Shown here piece after piece: positions 37,293 through 51,311 of a DNA stretch of 64,000 nt; positions within the stretch are counted from its first letter, which is position 1; each line of letters starts with the position of its first letter. Both the position numbers and the translations under genes were made by a program. The notes under the pieces are model-generated. The model ran no database searches, was not told where the DNA came from, and saw only the letters and a list, made by a program, of their open reading frames with translations. Source of the DNA: Marsupella aquatica (lineage: Eukaryota > Plantae > Marchantiophyta); the NCBI GenBank assembly GCA_973895155.1, contig OZ316897.1:1861212-1925211 (forward strand), in the 5' to 3' direction.

Positions 37293-40254
37293 GGTGTTTC
37301 GTCACGAACCATCACTTGCACACGTAAACTGTAAGGGGCCATGCGAGTGAGTTCGTGGTGCCTGTTCCTCCCCCGGGGCTCTAAGACTCTGTCATCCGAT
37401 CAGTCCGTTCTGCGCATGCTCCCCCTGTCCTTGACATGAAGTACACTGAGCCCCTGGCCTTGAGATGGAGTACAATGGGCCCTGGCCTTGACATGAACGA
37501 AGGACTGACGGTCCATCATCTCCGTCGTACGTGCGCCCCTGGAACCGCTCGCGGTGCGCAGTTATTGACGGCCCAGATCCTTCCCTTCATGTACCGGCGG
37601 ACCGGCCCCACTCGTGCGGTAAGCTGAAATCTTCCTCAGAGGGGACACACCCCTCTGCGAAGGGACGATGACGGGTCTGTCCCGCGAGGGGGGGCTGACT
37701 GTTGGGCTCCTGCTCTGGCCGTCTGTCTCTGTGCCTTTGCGGTCCGTCCCCTGGCCGTCGAACTGCACGGCGTGGACCCGGTCCCCATTTGATGATGCAA
37801 CTGCATCCCGGTACCCCACCCTTTACTGTACCGTAGTTGGACTGTAGCTTCGTTGGTTTCAAAAGTTGTTCAAACTTGTTCCAGATTTTCGCGTTTGGTT
37901 CAAATAGAAAAGATTTATCAATCAGTTTTTAATGGTGGGTTCCTTTGAACATTGAGACTCGATAGATTGAACGAATCGATTTCCAATGCTGAGATGGATT
38001 GACTCTGAATATCATAAAATGCTCAGGTATCACGCTTTACAATTTTTTATGTGAAATTTGACTTATAAATGGGATTGACCCTGAACATCAAAAAAATGCT
38101 CAACTAGCACTCTTTACAGTTTTTAATTGAAATGTGGCTTATAAATGGGCTCTAACTGTTTTGCAGTTGGTCTTCATCAGTTTGCGTGGTGGTAAGTTAT
38201 AGCTCGCACACAACCTACTCAAGGTGTCCTTCGCAAAACTGAAACATACTTTCCCAAAGTGGTAGGTCAATGCGAGGGTCAATGCTCCTACCCAAACTAC
38301 TCAGAGCAATCTTCACAAAAGCAAAGCGTGCATTGACAGCTAGTTTATAATAGTTAATCCTTTGTACACTCATTCAAATAGAGCAAATGATCTCTGGAAT
38401 TTCTCAGATAATAGATTGGACATCGAAGAGCATGCCCGTAAAATTTGAGCTTAAGAAGAGACCCACAAGGTGTCCAATTGCACAAGTCTACTAAAAACCA
38501 GCATTTTACACTTGGTCAGGACACCTGGGAAAACTTATTTAGGGCCTCTTATTCAAAATGAAGTATTCTTCCAAAGTTAGCCAGACAATATGAATTTTGG
38601 GTGTAAAGTGAAAGAGCATGTGTCACAGTCCATGGGGATGGGCTAAACAAATACTTCTGTCCATCCGGGCTTCTCTTTCAGGTTCCTTTATAGCTAGCCA
38701 AAACAGTTGCTCAGGGCTAATTACAAATTTCTCACTCTGTTTTTACAGTGTTTCTCTTACATCAAGCCAGAACATGTTCTTAGAGCGAATTTTAGAGCGA
38801 ATTCAACAGACAACACACTGTAGATTTTCCTTCTAATAATATATATCAAAGTACCTAAGGGCAAAGAATACCTTATAATAAACGTTTCAGGTTGTCCTAT
38901 CTGGAATTCAATTTCCTCCATTTCACAAAACTTCTCCAGTTCTCCCCTAGCATATTTGTTCAGCTGCTTACTTGGTCAGACTTTTTGTACTGAACCTAAA
39001 TAATCATTATTCAATTAGTTTTTAGTTGAACGAAGTGGGGACACTGTCACCTTCCTCAACAATGGATGATGCGACTGTCCTCCACCGTTAATTAACTCTA
39101 CAGTCGGCACTTCCCCTGACCCTCTGTAGGTCTGTTGTCTCCATGCACCCTGAAAGACCGAACGACGTTGGTCCTGAGGCTGTGAAAGGAACGGCTCATC
39201 GCCTGATCGCCGTATGTCAGGGGCGTCCTTAAAATAGTGCAAAACCAATCCTCGATGGCACTACAAAGGAACGGCCGGTGCATGCTCTGTTATTAGGGAC
39301 GGCCGTTTAACTAAAGGTACCTCCTTAAGTCCTTAGGATAGTGCAAATCGAATTTTCGATGGGAACTGCCGATGCGGAGGACGGCAGTCATTAACGAAGG
39401 GTTCCTCCGGACCCCAAGTCCTTTCTGCGAAGGACGGAGGCAGAAAGATGGACCAGGGACCGGGGCCAAGGACAGCACGCTCCCCCAGACTCACTGCAGC
39501 ATGACCCCGTTTCGTACAGCTCAGAGTCAGGGATAAACTTCATTATTAGAGAGTTTCCCTAACGGTCCGAAGTGGGGAAAAATAGACTTGATGGGTCACG
39601 AGAGGAGCAAGAACCTCCCCTTGGCACAAACCCACCCCTAGAGTTCCCCAAGTTCATAAAGCACTTCCTTGATCCCAGGACAGGTGGCAGAGCCGAGCAC
39701 AAAGTAAGGGCCATTATCTATGCCAATTTCTTCTAGGTGTGTTCATTTGCCCTCGCATGTGGGGAGACTCTATATGGGAGACAAAATATACCACCGAAAG
39801 CAACTAACAGGTGTCCTTATGTTAAACATTAAGTTCAAGTTTATGAGAAGAAACACTGACTTATCGAGGGTAAGGTATCCAACTTCTCTGCAAGTCATTA
39901 AAATTGGATGGTGCTCCCGCAGCTGTCTAAAATGTAGACAATATTCAAATGTATATATTATGCTGAATTTTTTAATGAGAAATAATGTATACCTTTAAAT
40001 GCATAAGCGACAAAGGCCAAAAGCACCAAAAGGTGAAAAACATCGTGATAGAGCCAAATCTACCGAGGTGTCTAGCACCCTGCCTAATAAGAAAAAAAAC
40101 TGATACAGCCAAAATGACGGAAGCTGCAAGGCCTCTGCAATGACACCTCTTCGGCTCTGGTTTCGAGATACCTCACACTAAACCTTAGATACACTGCAAA
40201 AGCCTCACAATGCCCATTCCCTACGCGACTATAATATAATGCAAATGCCTGGAT

Positions 40255-41215
40255 TAGTCGGATGTACTGTACTGTGAAACAAGCTTAGATGGATAATATT
40301 TTGTGCTGAACAATAATTACTCCGCAATCCTCGAGTCAAAACATCATGATACATTAATGTGTAACTTCATTCTCTTTGAACCTTGGATTTGATTAATTTT
40401 TTTAGATTTTATTTGGAAATCAGTGCCACTGTACTTGGCCTGTAGTCCCTAAATACCCCCCACTAAGAGTTGTCCTGCATGTAACGCCTTCAGTTTCGCC
40501 CCAAATGTGGCATCTTATGATACATTAGAAAATTTTGGCCTGTACCTCTCACTAGTGAGGCTTCACAGAAGGTTAAATGCAGACTCGAAGGCAAAGGCTG
40601 AAAACTGTCCGGCCCAATTAACTTACTTTACAGTGTCTCGCTCATTGTCTCACATATAGGTGCTGGCCTGAGGAACTTGAATATAATTAAATAACTCACT
40701 TTACATTCCTTGCTAGTAATCACACATCAAAATGTGATTACATTTATTGATTGAAAGGAAAAAACTAGGGTTATCACTGTATGTAGGGGTGTCATACATA
40801 ACATATGTCATATTTTGATGTGCAGTTACTTAGACCACTTTACATTTGCCATTCAAAGTGTCTGGCCCAATGTAACATTATTATCGCACCATAATTTGCT
40901 CCGATGATCCCATCAATTTTGGGGGAAGCGAGGACCAAAAAACTGAAACTGAGAGGCAACTGCATGCAAAATAATTTGAAACCTTAGAAACACTGCCAAA
41001 ACCTTACAAAGCCCATCCCCTACCCCCACTAGAATATTTGACACTGCTTGGGTCAGTCGGATGTACTGTCCTATGAAAACCGTTTAGAGGGATAATATTT
41101 TGCGTTGAACAACAATTACTCAAGATCCTTAATTAAGTCAAACACTCAAACGTCATGTGTAACTTCATTCTCTGTGTATCTTGGATCTGATTAGATTTTC
41201 TCTAGATTTTATTTG
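40255..41215. repeat. Pair of diverged ~160-bp direct repeats (~40255-40415 and ~41055-41215)
   Basis: agtcggatgtactgt..gataatattttg..tgaacaa.aattactc...atgtgtaacttcattctct...tagattttatttg is present at both sites. Confidence 0.8.
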
Positions 41216-43757
41216 CGAATAAAATATTCTTTCGAACAAAAACTCGAAACAACGGCAGTGCTGTACATGGGTCCCAGACAGCCGCACTGACAAAGTCACT
41301 CTGGCAAAGTAAGTACAGTACCACATATGAAATCACCACTCCCCACTTTTAAATGTTGGTCGTGGTGAACAGTCGACTCTTCCTAAGCGCATATTCCAAA
41401 AGTGCAAACCATTCTTCCCTAAATCTCCCGACCACTCTTCCTAAGTGCAAACTATATAATTGCAAAACCAAGCTAATTTCAAGGCATCTGGTTCTCCAGT
41501 GTTGTGACCATTATGCAAAAAGAAATGCAGTTTGTATAGGCACGGAGAGGCCTTCAGTAACCGACAATTTCTTTTAGTGCAAAACACTCTATGAGAATGT
41601 ACCCTGAGTCGCATCCACCATTTCCAGGTCTGAACTCCATTTCCAGAACTGAACTCCAGATGGCCCAGATCTTAGATTTTGAAACTCTTCTGGAGGGGAG
41701 TGCCTAAGAACCTCATTTATTGTTGCCTATAGGTTCTGCCACTTAATGTTTCTTATTATCCATTGCTTCCAAGCACACACTAAAGGTGTGAAGACATGAG
41801 GGTATATGTCTTTCACATTTCTAGATAGTGTACATTGTGCACAAATAGTACTAATAAGTCGTGAACGGAATCTACTTTTACTGCCTATGGTCTACTGTAG
41901 ATTGAAGGCTCTTTGACCCTGACTCTACTCTAAGTCACACAACACAGAGACGATTAGACGAAAGATGAACGAAAACAGCCCAGGACTCTTTCTGTGCAAG
42001 GTACTTTTTTGTCCTCATTCCTCTCTTTCCCTTCAATGAACGGGTACTAAAGGCTATACACATAAACATAGCCCACAGCAGTCTTCATTGTGGCAGGTGA
42101 GATTCCTAGTTCAAATTTCTTCAGTCCATCAGCTTATCTACAAACCTCCATCACATACAGTAGTGAGTAGTAGCATTTGTCAAAGCTCTTTGCACACACA
42201 AAATTTGACACTCCATAAAATTTTGAAATGATTCCCTTTTCACAAAAACTTTTGAAACCATTCCCTTTTCACCAAAACTTTTGAACCCATTCCCTTTCAC
42301 CAAAACAGCCAAACAGGAGTGTGTGGAAGGCAGGCAGTGTCCAAGAGTGGGGCCCAAGGGATAAATGAGTTTCTCAGAAAGATGAGCCAGATGGGCTGAC
42401 ATCTGGCAAGTCAAGCACCATACGTCCATACATTAACCCGGGCTGACATCTGGCAAGAGTAACACCAGACATTCTCGCCTTGTCCACCTCACCACGGAGA
42501 GTCTTCTTTGTCCCGCATTGGGAGAGTATGGTGCTTGAGAAAAAGTAGTCATATCAACGGAAAGTTGTGTGGAATTGGGGATAAAGAAATAAAGCTGTGG
42601 GCTCCCAAATACAAGATGACATCCCGCAAATGCAAATAATAAAGCGACTGACGTCCTCTGACAGCTTCTAAGCCTCAGGAACACGTAGGGCCTACATCGT
42701 AGGCGGTGCCAAAAGTAAAATGCTACTTTTAATCATAATTGAAGGTTTATTTACTCACTTCTACGAGTAACTTGTTCATTATTTAAGATTGTTCTGTAAC
42801 TCCTTTGGATTGTAGTGATTATTGACCCCGAAAACTGGAACAGTAGGTTCCCATCTAGAATCAAAAAGAGTTTGTGTGTTACTAAAAGTGTCTAAACCCC
42901 ACTTTTGGGGGATTATGTGTGTAAGCTCTTTTTGAATCAAACTCAACTTATGACTCTAATAAGAGGCGTCTGAACCCCACTTTTGGGGCGGGTGAATGTT
43001 AAAAAGCTCATAGTGAGATTCGAACCCAACACCTGAGAGTTCCCACTCTTCTGAGGTAACCGGTAGCCCATGGACTGTCGATGCACAAAAGCGCATTCTT
43101 CACGTATTTGATTTGAGTCTGCAGGCAACTACGGGCTACCGGCAGCTACCGGCTAACGGAGGAGGCGCAACGCGACACCGTTTAATGCGAAACTCATGAT
43201 TTGTAGAAGGAAATGTTTATTTCCTTCGGGGGTGGAGGGAAAGGATCATAAATAAATTGACCTTGCAGAGAACTACAGTATCATGATCAAGAAGCCAAAC
43301 AATAAGCGTCTTCATTTAAATCGCTCAAAGATTAAATTTGGACCCCCAACGTCTAGTAAAGGCACCCACTAGACTATCAAGAGTCCAAGTCAATATCTAT
43401 TTATTTTGTAGCTTGTGGTATTGAGTTTGTGAAGAATCTTGTTTTTTTCTTGTTACATCGAAAATCAGATAAAGTTGTATCTTATCATCTTTACTTCAAA
43501 ATCAGATACGATACAACCAGATCTAACAAAGTAAGGATGATAGGATGCGACTTAACGAAGAATCTTTCCTGCTAACCCGAACACCCATGCGAATGGATAT
43601 AAAGGCTCTGTGTATACATACTACCCCTGGATCTGCATACTCAGAGGCATAGTCTAAAAATAATAATTTATGTTATCAAAGAATCAGAGCCTATGGTTTC
43701 TCTTGACATAGTAGGTCATAAACTGTAGCCTTTCATTGGCAATTATAATATAGATTC

Positions 43758-43916
43758 GAGGGATTTGCTTGGTGGGACCCCAAATGAAAATGTTTTACTT
43801 GATCGGACCCCTGAGTGATCCACACCGTTGATTTACCTTGAATAGACGGACCTAAACTTTCAAGGGTCCAATTAAGTAAAACATTTTCATTTGGGGTCCC
43901 ACCAAGCAAATCTCTC
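43758..43916. mobile_element. 159-bp MULE-type MITE with perfect 9-bp TSD
   Basis: The TSD tatagattc occurs at 43749-43757 and 43917-43925. The TIRs are ~55 bp (gagggatttgcttggtgggaccccaaatgaaaatgttttactt / aagtaaaacattttcatttggggtcccaccaagcaaatctctc). Confidence 0.92.
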
Positions 43917-46279
43917 TATAGATTCGCTTGTTCAGATATCTCACTTGTACCAAAGCATATCCAAAGAATTAATTTAAAAAAATTACTTCCCTTCATGAAA
44001 CAAGCACTGAATCACCCAAAGTCAAGCCATAAACAACTTATCTTTGAGTTACCAGTCTGAATAAGTGTGTTGGAAGGGGCTCCCTAATTATATCTCATGC
44101 CACTCTCTACTCCCAAGTATAATCTAAATAATCAAAAAAAGTGGTACCATATCAAGTATGGCCGGGCTTCACTCTTTCGTTAGGTCACAAACAAAAGACT
44201 TTTCATAGTGAACTAGCTCAATATTTGTGAGTTGCACACAAGATGTTGCAGCACAAAAGTTGTCTATAGGTAAAACATGTTGAGGATAGTCTATTATAGT
44301 GGCACAGTAAGATATAGATATCCAACCCCCATGGAATTATAAGGAGTCAGTGCAAATGTCCTATGTCCTATAATTGCATGCATAAAGTTTGTGCACATGA
44401 AGTTCATGATTGTCAGCTGTTCAAGCACCTGAGCACGACAAGGCCCCAAAGTATATACTGACAATTCATCACACCGTTCTACCACCAGTTCTCTCTCTCT
44501 AATGTTGCTAAACTGAAACCTATGAGCTCTGACCTTCGATTCCAAATGAAAACGAGACCCCTACCCATTTCGGTGAAGCAGACCTTCACCACTAACGAGA
44601 CAGGACTGGAAAAGTGGCATGAACAAGAAGCTAAAGACACACAAAAGGAGTGCAGGCCCCACAAGAATTCGTGTTAGTAAGAAGTAATGAATCAAGCAGG
44701 CAGCAATTCCAAATTTCAAGTCAAGAATAGATTCTCAAATGAGAGTGGCGATTGCCAGGCTCAAACCTGCAAGACAATGTCACAACCAACTGATCACCTT
44801 TCTTCCCATCACAACAGCTGATCCGGCCAGTGAGTCTGATCTTGACTGAGTGAAACCTCGATTCGCAAATAGACAGCAAGAAGACAAGCAAACAGCACAC
44901 AGAGCATGTAGCAATAATATCTGCTTTATACACCTTTCTCCCATAGTCATGTCGAAGAGCGCACATAGATAGCATAGAGAAAGGACAAACAAGGAGACAG
45001 CCCACATACATCTTATCAAAAGGTGCAGTCGGACAGAACTGAGTCCAAAGCAAATCACATTATCGATCAGGACAATTGGAATGTGCAATTTGTGGTGACC
45101 TTGAGCAATCCAGCGATTCATTGGTGAGCACAAAGGACGCTTTCTGAGATGTCTTGAGGTGACAAGTCAAACTGACACACGCTAGGTCAAAGCAACGCAC
45201 AAGGTGAAGGGACCACTATCTCGATTTGATGGACATAATGTTGAATCTCTTCATGAATACATCTCTTTGTGAAGAGATGTGATCATTGACTATGGAGTTG
45301 TCGCTCATGACAAGCGACTCCGTAGGGTGTGGGCAGCCAGGACGGGCAGAAGGAAATGAGCAGGTCCGTACAGTACCAGGTGGGCCCGACAAGACATACT
45401 GAGTGAAGCCGGACAGTACTCTAGGGGCTTTTATACCCCAATGCGTGGTTTAATCAAAGCATAAAGTTTGTGCTCATGAAGTTCATGATTGTCCTTGAAC
45501 CCAAACCTTTGTGGGTTTGGGTTCTCCTTTTTGGGGGCTCAATTGCCCCCAAACCTTGGCAAGTCATGAGGGCTGCCACCTGTCATCCAAATAGTAATGG
45601 TAACTTTGCTTGCAAATCTTAGTTGCAAAAACTAAGTTATTTTATTTGCCTCCATGCTTTTGCCAGTGGCTGTTTTAATTTCCCCTACCAAAAAAAATTC
45701 TCTATCTAGATTTCCCATACTTTGCTTATGCCTAGCCAGAGCACGTGATTGCAGCCAATTTCAGCAGATAACATTATTTTCTGAGAGACTTTGTCTCATC
45801 AATTTTTTGCCAGGCTTGTCATGGGGACTAAAATTGCCTCCATTGTATGTTGTCATGTCCCTCCCATGCCTGCTAGCTATATAGTTTGGGTGGTCAATTT
45901 TTAGATTAGGTTACTTAGATGTTCTTGGAGTTACCATTGACACTAGAAGCAACTGTGTTGGGAACAGCTTCCTCTCATTCCTTCAGATGTTCTTGAATTC
46001 ATCTACCAAAGCACTTTAGACAGCTCATCATACCATTTCAATGCACATATTTACTTTTCTGGTGTGCCATTCAACACATTGACTTTTGCTTGTATGTTTG
46101 TATTTAGTGATGATTGTGTACATGTCTACCGTTGATCACTGACATGTTTGGATGAACTGTGGCTCCTATACTATGTTTGAATTATTGTGACCAACAATCC
46201 GAACAATTACTACTCTATTTTTTAATTAATTAAAATGTTTTCAATTTCCAGTTTATTTTGCACGGATGGGGGGAACCAG

Positions 46280-48429
46280 TGTCACCTGCTTATCAAACGA
46301 TTTACACGACAAATACGTATTTCTTCCTACTAAAATCGTTTGTTATCGTATGACGGGAACATGGAGGGATGCTATTCAGATTCTATTGCATGTAGGATGA
46401 GTATGTTTGATTCCGCTCTCGGAAGTGTAATTTTTTATCAAGTCTACCGACTAGCCTCTCTGCTTTTGATCAAGTCCCATGGACTACACCACACACGCTC
46501 CTGCTGGTCGCTGGTGGAGTGTTGTCACCACCCCCCTACTCACATGGATGACCAATCCGTGCGAGGATTCCTTAGACACTTCTTTGGGAAAGAACACAAT
46601 CGTGAACCAGAAAAGATAACATCACACCAAAACTTGAGGAATTAAACCAAATTCATATCTTTTGGCAAAACATCATAACACATTGAAAGGACAACTCGGG
46701 CTCCTGCCGTCTGGCCAACTCCTGCCTTAATGGGGCAAGTGCTACACCTCTACCTCACTACTCTACCTTGATTCCCTCTTCTGGCTATGAGATAACTTCC
46801 CTAAACCAACACTACATTGAGTTCCCCCTTGTAGCTTGCTACGGGGCTCCCCCCAAAATACTGAAAAAAACACACCAAAGCACCCCTCACGGGGTCACCA
46901 CGATGGCGGCTACCCTAGCGGCGCCGCTAAAAACCATTATCGAGAAATCCCTAACCTAAAACATGCAACACACACATGCTCCTAAAAACCCTAATCTAAC
47001 TACGGGACCGACGGTGCCTTCGACGGTGCCAAACAACAATCCGGAACCCGTACTCTCGGGAAAGTGAGGAGACACTCCCATGGTCGAAACCTCAAATATT
47101 TCAAACTACTTCCCTGAGGGGAGCCTTAGACAGCCCTGCTCCTCCTAATCACGGATCCGTAAACGACACTCAAAATGGATCCCGAAAGGTCGAGATATGA
47201 TCGTTTAAGTTTTTAAGGAACACCGTCCCCCTCCGTTTCATCCGTACAACACCAGGGGGCCCCGACTTTGAAAAACACAGATCACGGCCTCCGTAGGTGC
47301 TGCTACTTCCTCCTCCCCTTGGAAAGCCGGGACGTACGTACGGCCTCCAAACTCCCGTATTCTTAAAAAAAATGTGATCCACTGTATCTTCTCCATCTTA
47401 GCTCCGTTTTGGCCGTGTGACATGTCGTTGGATTCAGCTCAGCGAGCTCTTTCCAACAAGCCCGTAAACTCTTGATTTGAGATGGTCGAAAATCTGATGT
47501 TCGTACAACTAGGGTCTGTACACACATTGAAAGGAAACACAACAGGGAAAGGGTTTAGGGTTTAGGAATGGGTGGAAACCCCACAAGTGAGAATGGAGAA
47601 AAAGGGAAGGAAGAAAGTGTGAGGGCCCCTTCTACGGATGTGTCCTTTTACGGAGTGCCCCTTCTACGGAGTGCCCTTCTACGGAGTGCCCCTCTTCTTC
47701 TACGGAGTGGTTCTTCTATGGAGTGCCCTTCTACGGAGTGCCCCTCTTCTTCTGCGGAGTGCCTCTCCTACGGAGTGGTTCTTCTACAGAGTGCCCTTCT
47801 ACAGAGTGGGGAAGGGAAAGAGAGCAAAAACCATGTGAGGACCACACAAAGGGTGAAGGGGAACACAAGTGTGGGAATCCCTTCCTTCTAAGGGCCCTCC
47901 CACCATCACTACTCCAAGATTGCCTAGTTTTACCGTTTTACGGGAATTGAGGTTTCTCAAGATGTCACTATTTGATACAGACCTAAACTCAACTAGGGAA
48001 CCCAACTTTCGCATGGGGCTCATTTAGGGCTTCAAAATGAATCCAAACATGACCATGTTTGGAATAGTACTAGCGCAGCAAAGTCTGTTTCAATTTTCAA
48101 TGTTTTCTATATTTTAGTCATTATTCCCGTTTTGCGCCTTATGTGGAGCCTCCGGCCAGCCCCCACCCCTCCGAGATGCCCACACAGTGCCTCCAAGTCC
48201 TTGGGATGCCTTGTGGCCTCCTTGTACCCCCTCAATGGTTCCCTTGTCATCCATCACCGCCCGACACCCCTCTCAACTTCGGTCTCCGGTTGTCGCATCC
48301 ATTTATTAGAACTAACAAAAATAAAAAATTTGAAATACAAACACTTTTACTACACCTACTTGTCTTTCTACTTATGTACACAATTATAAGTCCTCACTAA
48401 GTTACTACCAGGTTTGGGGCCTTGTCACA
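46280..48429. mobile_element. Probable solo LTR (~2.15 kb)
   Basis: It begins tgtcac and ends gtcaca (TG...CA), with flanking 5-mers accag (46275-46279) and accaa (48430-48434) matching 4/5. It is non-coding and has internal tandem repeats typical of long gypsy LTRs. Confidence 0.55.
47628..47808. repeat. 15-21-bp tandem repeat (ttctacggagtgccc), ~11 copies
   Basis: Read directly from the sequence. Confidence 0.95.
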
Positions 48430-48779
48430 ACCAAGTGGCCTAAGAGGCATGTCAGAGAGGCCACAAAGAAATGATGAGTAGCAAGGACACAAGAACCACT
48501 GATAAGTAGAGCAGTCCTACAAACAAGAACAATATCAAAACAAATCTCATCACTTGGCCACTCAGTCGCAAAGCCTCACCCATCAGCAAAATGCCCACTC
48601 TCAACCAGTAGCATGCTTTAGAGAGAATAGAAGCCAACCTAGCTTTCCAACAACATTTAATGTTCAGTTCAATCATGCCAACTAGCTAGCAGGGCCATTC
48701 AGCCACAAACCATAGTTGCCAAAATCATATAACAATTCATTCAAATAACGAAATGCATGAGATGACTTTAGTGCTCAAC

Positions 48780-49480
48780 TAAACCGTAAATAACCAAATT
48801 GAATCAGCCAGAATCTTTCTGCTTCTAGCACCTCTTTTACAATGTGTAAGTCTTGCATGCCAAGTTTCTCGTACCGTTGTTGCTCCAACAACAACTAAGT
48901 GACCTAAATTGTCTGCAAATACTAAGCTCTGATTAAAGACTTGTCTCCTTTTATCATGGTTAAAGGTCTGTCCATTCCTAGCAAACCAAATGCTCCAAAG
49001 TATCTGGCACACGATGATCAATCTAAGGGTCTGAAATTGTCTCATTCTCTGGGGTTGTAGTACTCTGACCAATGAGAAGTCTACCGGGCTAATCTCTCTA
49101 TCCAGCCAACAAGTCCCCTCTCTTCAACATAATTTAGCATGTCGTAAGCTCTACTATTTATCACACTGAAGTACTTACTTGTTATATCCTCTTTCGCTTG
49201 ATGCCATTATCTGGCCACAGAGTCAAAACTTTTGCCTCTAAATGTCAAATTCTGGATGCGAGAGAATACTGACCAACACACATTGGCATGTCTCAACTGC
49301 AATCCATGCAACCAACCTAGTTGGGGCACTAAGTCAATCCATGCTGCAGCAGTGTATCACATACCTTTTGAAGACCCATCCTCCCCCCAATCCTTACCAT
49401 TGTTTGTCCACTGAACGCACTCAGTCACAACAAATGGTTCTATGTATATTTGCGCATTGTGTACAATGTCCTTGAATACA
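48780..49480 (-). mobile_element. LINE (L1-like) ORF2 C-terminal remnant (zf-RVT region)
   Basis: Minus-strand IVCQILWSIWFARNGQTFNH matches the W-x-IW-xx-RN-xxx-F motif of plant L1 ORF2 C-termini. The surrounding frames are broken. Confidence 0.65.
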
Positions 49481-50488
49481 ACTGTCTATTCTGAGTGCAG
49501 GTTTCCTTGAAGAAAAACAATAACATAATCATTCATGTATGTGGCACTATGGAAATAATTTCTTATCTCCCTAACTGCCCTTCATGGTACCGATCCTACC
49601 TTAAAATATTTGTGAATAGACAATCATTTCAAGCACGTTGTACACAATCCACAAATGGACATAGACCATTTGTCTGCAATATTTTCATCCCGGTCATTTC
49701 CTAATAATAAGAAACACACTTGCACACACACAATGCTCTCTGTGCAAAGTGCAACCTCAAAAATTCTCAGGTAGAAATGAGACATCTATGGGAGACATGT
49801 CCTATCGATGGTTTGTGAGGCAGTGCTGAGCTCCCGCTATTCGGGCCACATCATTCAAACTGAAACAAGGACCATATGATCCTAATGATATGCACATCAT
49901 CGATCAGCAGCGACGTAGGTGCAAGAGAAGGAGATGGAAGATACCATAACTCACAAACAAATGATGTAGCAGAAATTCAGAGAAGATGCAAAGATAAGGA
50001 AAGTACTTCCCACTGTTGCAAAGCTCGTTTGCCCCTTGAGGGACCTCAATTGATGCGGCATGGCTCTTGCACTGCCCTCTCCCCCGTTAGACCAATTTGT
50101 CGACTGTAAGATGCAAATGCCGATGCTTTTAGGCAGCATTTTGCCTTCAAGCGACTCAAACAATGGCCAAAGCGGCCTTGTGAGATAGAAGACGGGCATG
50201 GACCAAAGCTATCCAACCTAACCTTGCAAAAATTCAAACCACACTTGCCTGGCTCCAAATCTCAAATTCTCAATGCAGGGCAATGAAGAGCAAGTACGCA
50301 TGATCAGCGGAATTCTCTGCAATGGAGAATTCGATGAAGAGAGTGACTGAGTGTGTTGGAAAAGTGATGAGAAGAACATTTAATGCTTTGTCTTTTGTGT
50401 TTACTTCATTATTATTTTTTAATTCACTTTGTTTGTCTTTAGCTACATATATTTAATACTTGCTCTTTTAAGTTCAACCTAATGTGAC

Positions 50489-51311
50489 ACCGCGCGTTAA
50501 ATCTACATCGCGTTAATGCTCCCTGATCATCCTGGGGCCCCGTACACTGCCCGTCCCAATCCCCGATGTTGCTGCCCACTCCGGCCCGAGTTTGCCAGAA
50601 CATAAACTAATACTCTATCATTTTTTCACCCGCTCCGGTCCAATTAACATTGTGCCATTGACTTTAGGTTTATGTTTTGGCACCCTTCACCTTTTGTCGC
50701 TCGCTCCGGGCCTATCAACTTTGTGCCATCAACTTCTTCCTTGTGGAGTTGTGGTTTATGTTCTAGCAACATTTTGTCCAACAAAGTCATGCCCCGCTAG
50801 GGAGTCGTGCTTGCTTCGTAACAAAGTCTAAGTGTTGAAGTACAGCCTAGTACTTTGGTTAGGAATCATGATTGATAGAGTCTTGGTCGCTGTTCTGCCA
50901 AATGTTTTTTCTCTATGGAGTTGTGGTTCATGTTTTGGCAACATTTCTTTCCAATGGAGTCATCTTTGTTTCATAATAGAGTCTAAGTGTTCAGGGAGTA
51001 CTTTGGATAAGAGTCATGACTAATGATAGAGTATTGGTTTATGGTATGGCAAACTTGGGCCGAAGCAAGCAACAACAATGGGGACTTGGGCCGGAGCGGG
51101 CGAAAGCAAGTGAAGGGTGCCAGAACATAAACTCAAAGTCGATGGCACAAAGTTGTTCGAGCCGAAACAGGTGACAAAATGGTAGAGTATTAGTTTATGT
51201 TCTGGCAAACTCGGGCCGGAGTGGGCAGCAACATCGGGGACTGGGACGGGCAGTGTACGGGGTCCCAAGAAGATCGGGGAGCATTAATGCGGTGTAGATT
51301 TAACGCACGGT
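50489..51311. mobile_element. 823-bp non-autonomous MULE-like element with ~230-bp TIRs and 9-bp TSD
   Basis: The TSD is taatgtgac (50480-50488) / taatgcgac (51312-51320). 50489-~50720 is the reverse complement of ~51085-51311. There is an internal direct duplication at ~50745-50880 versus ~50916-51030. Confidence 0.9.

Noticed and set aside
37300-39600. Candidate LTR starting cgtcacgaacc and ending gggtcacg
   Set aside because: The ends are not TG..CA and no TSD matches. It is probably TE-derived, but the boundaries cannot be supported.
47545-47570. Telomere or interstitial telomeric array
   Set aside because: There are only ~2.5 TTTAGGG units, so it is treated as a telo-box-like motif within a putative LTR.
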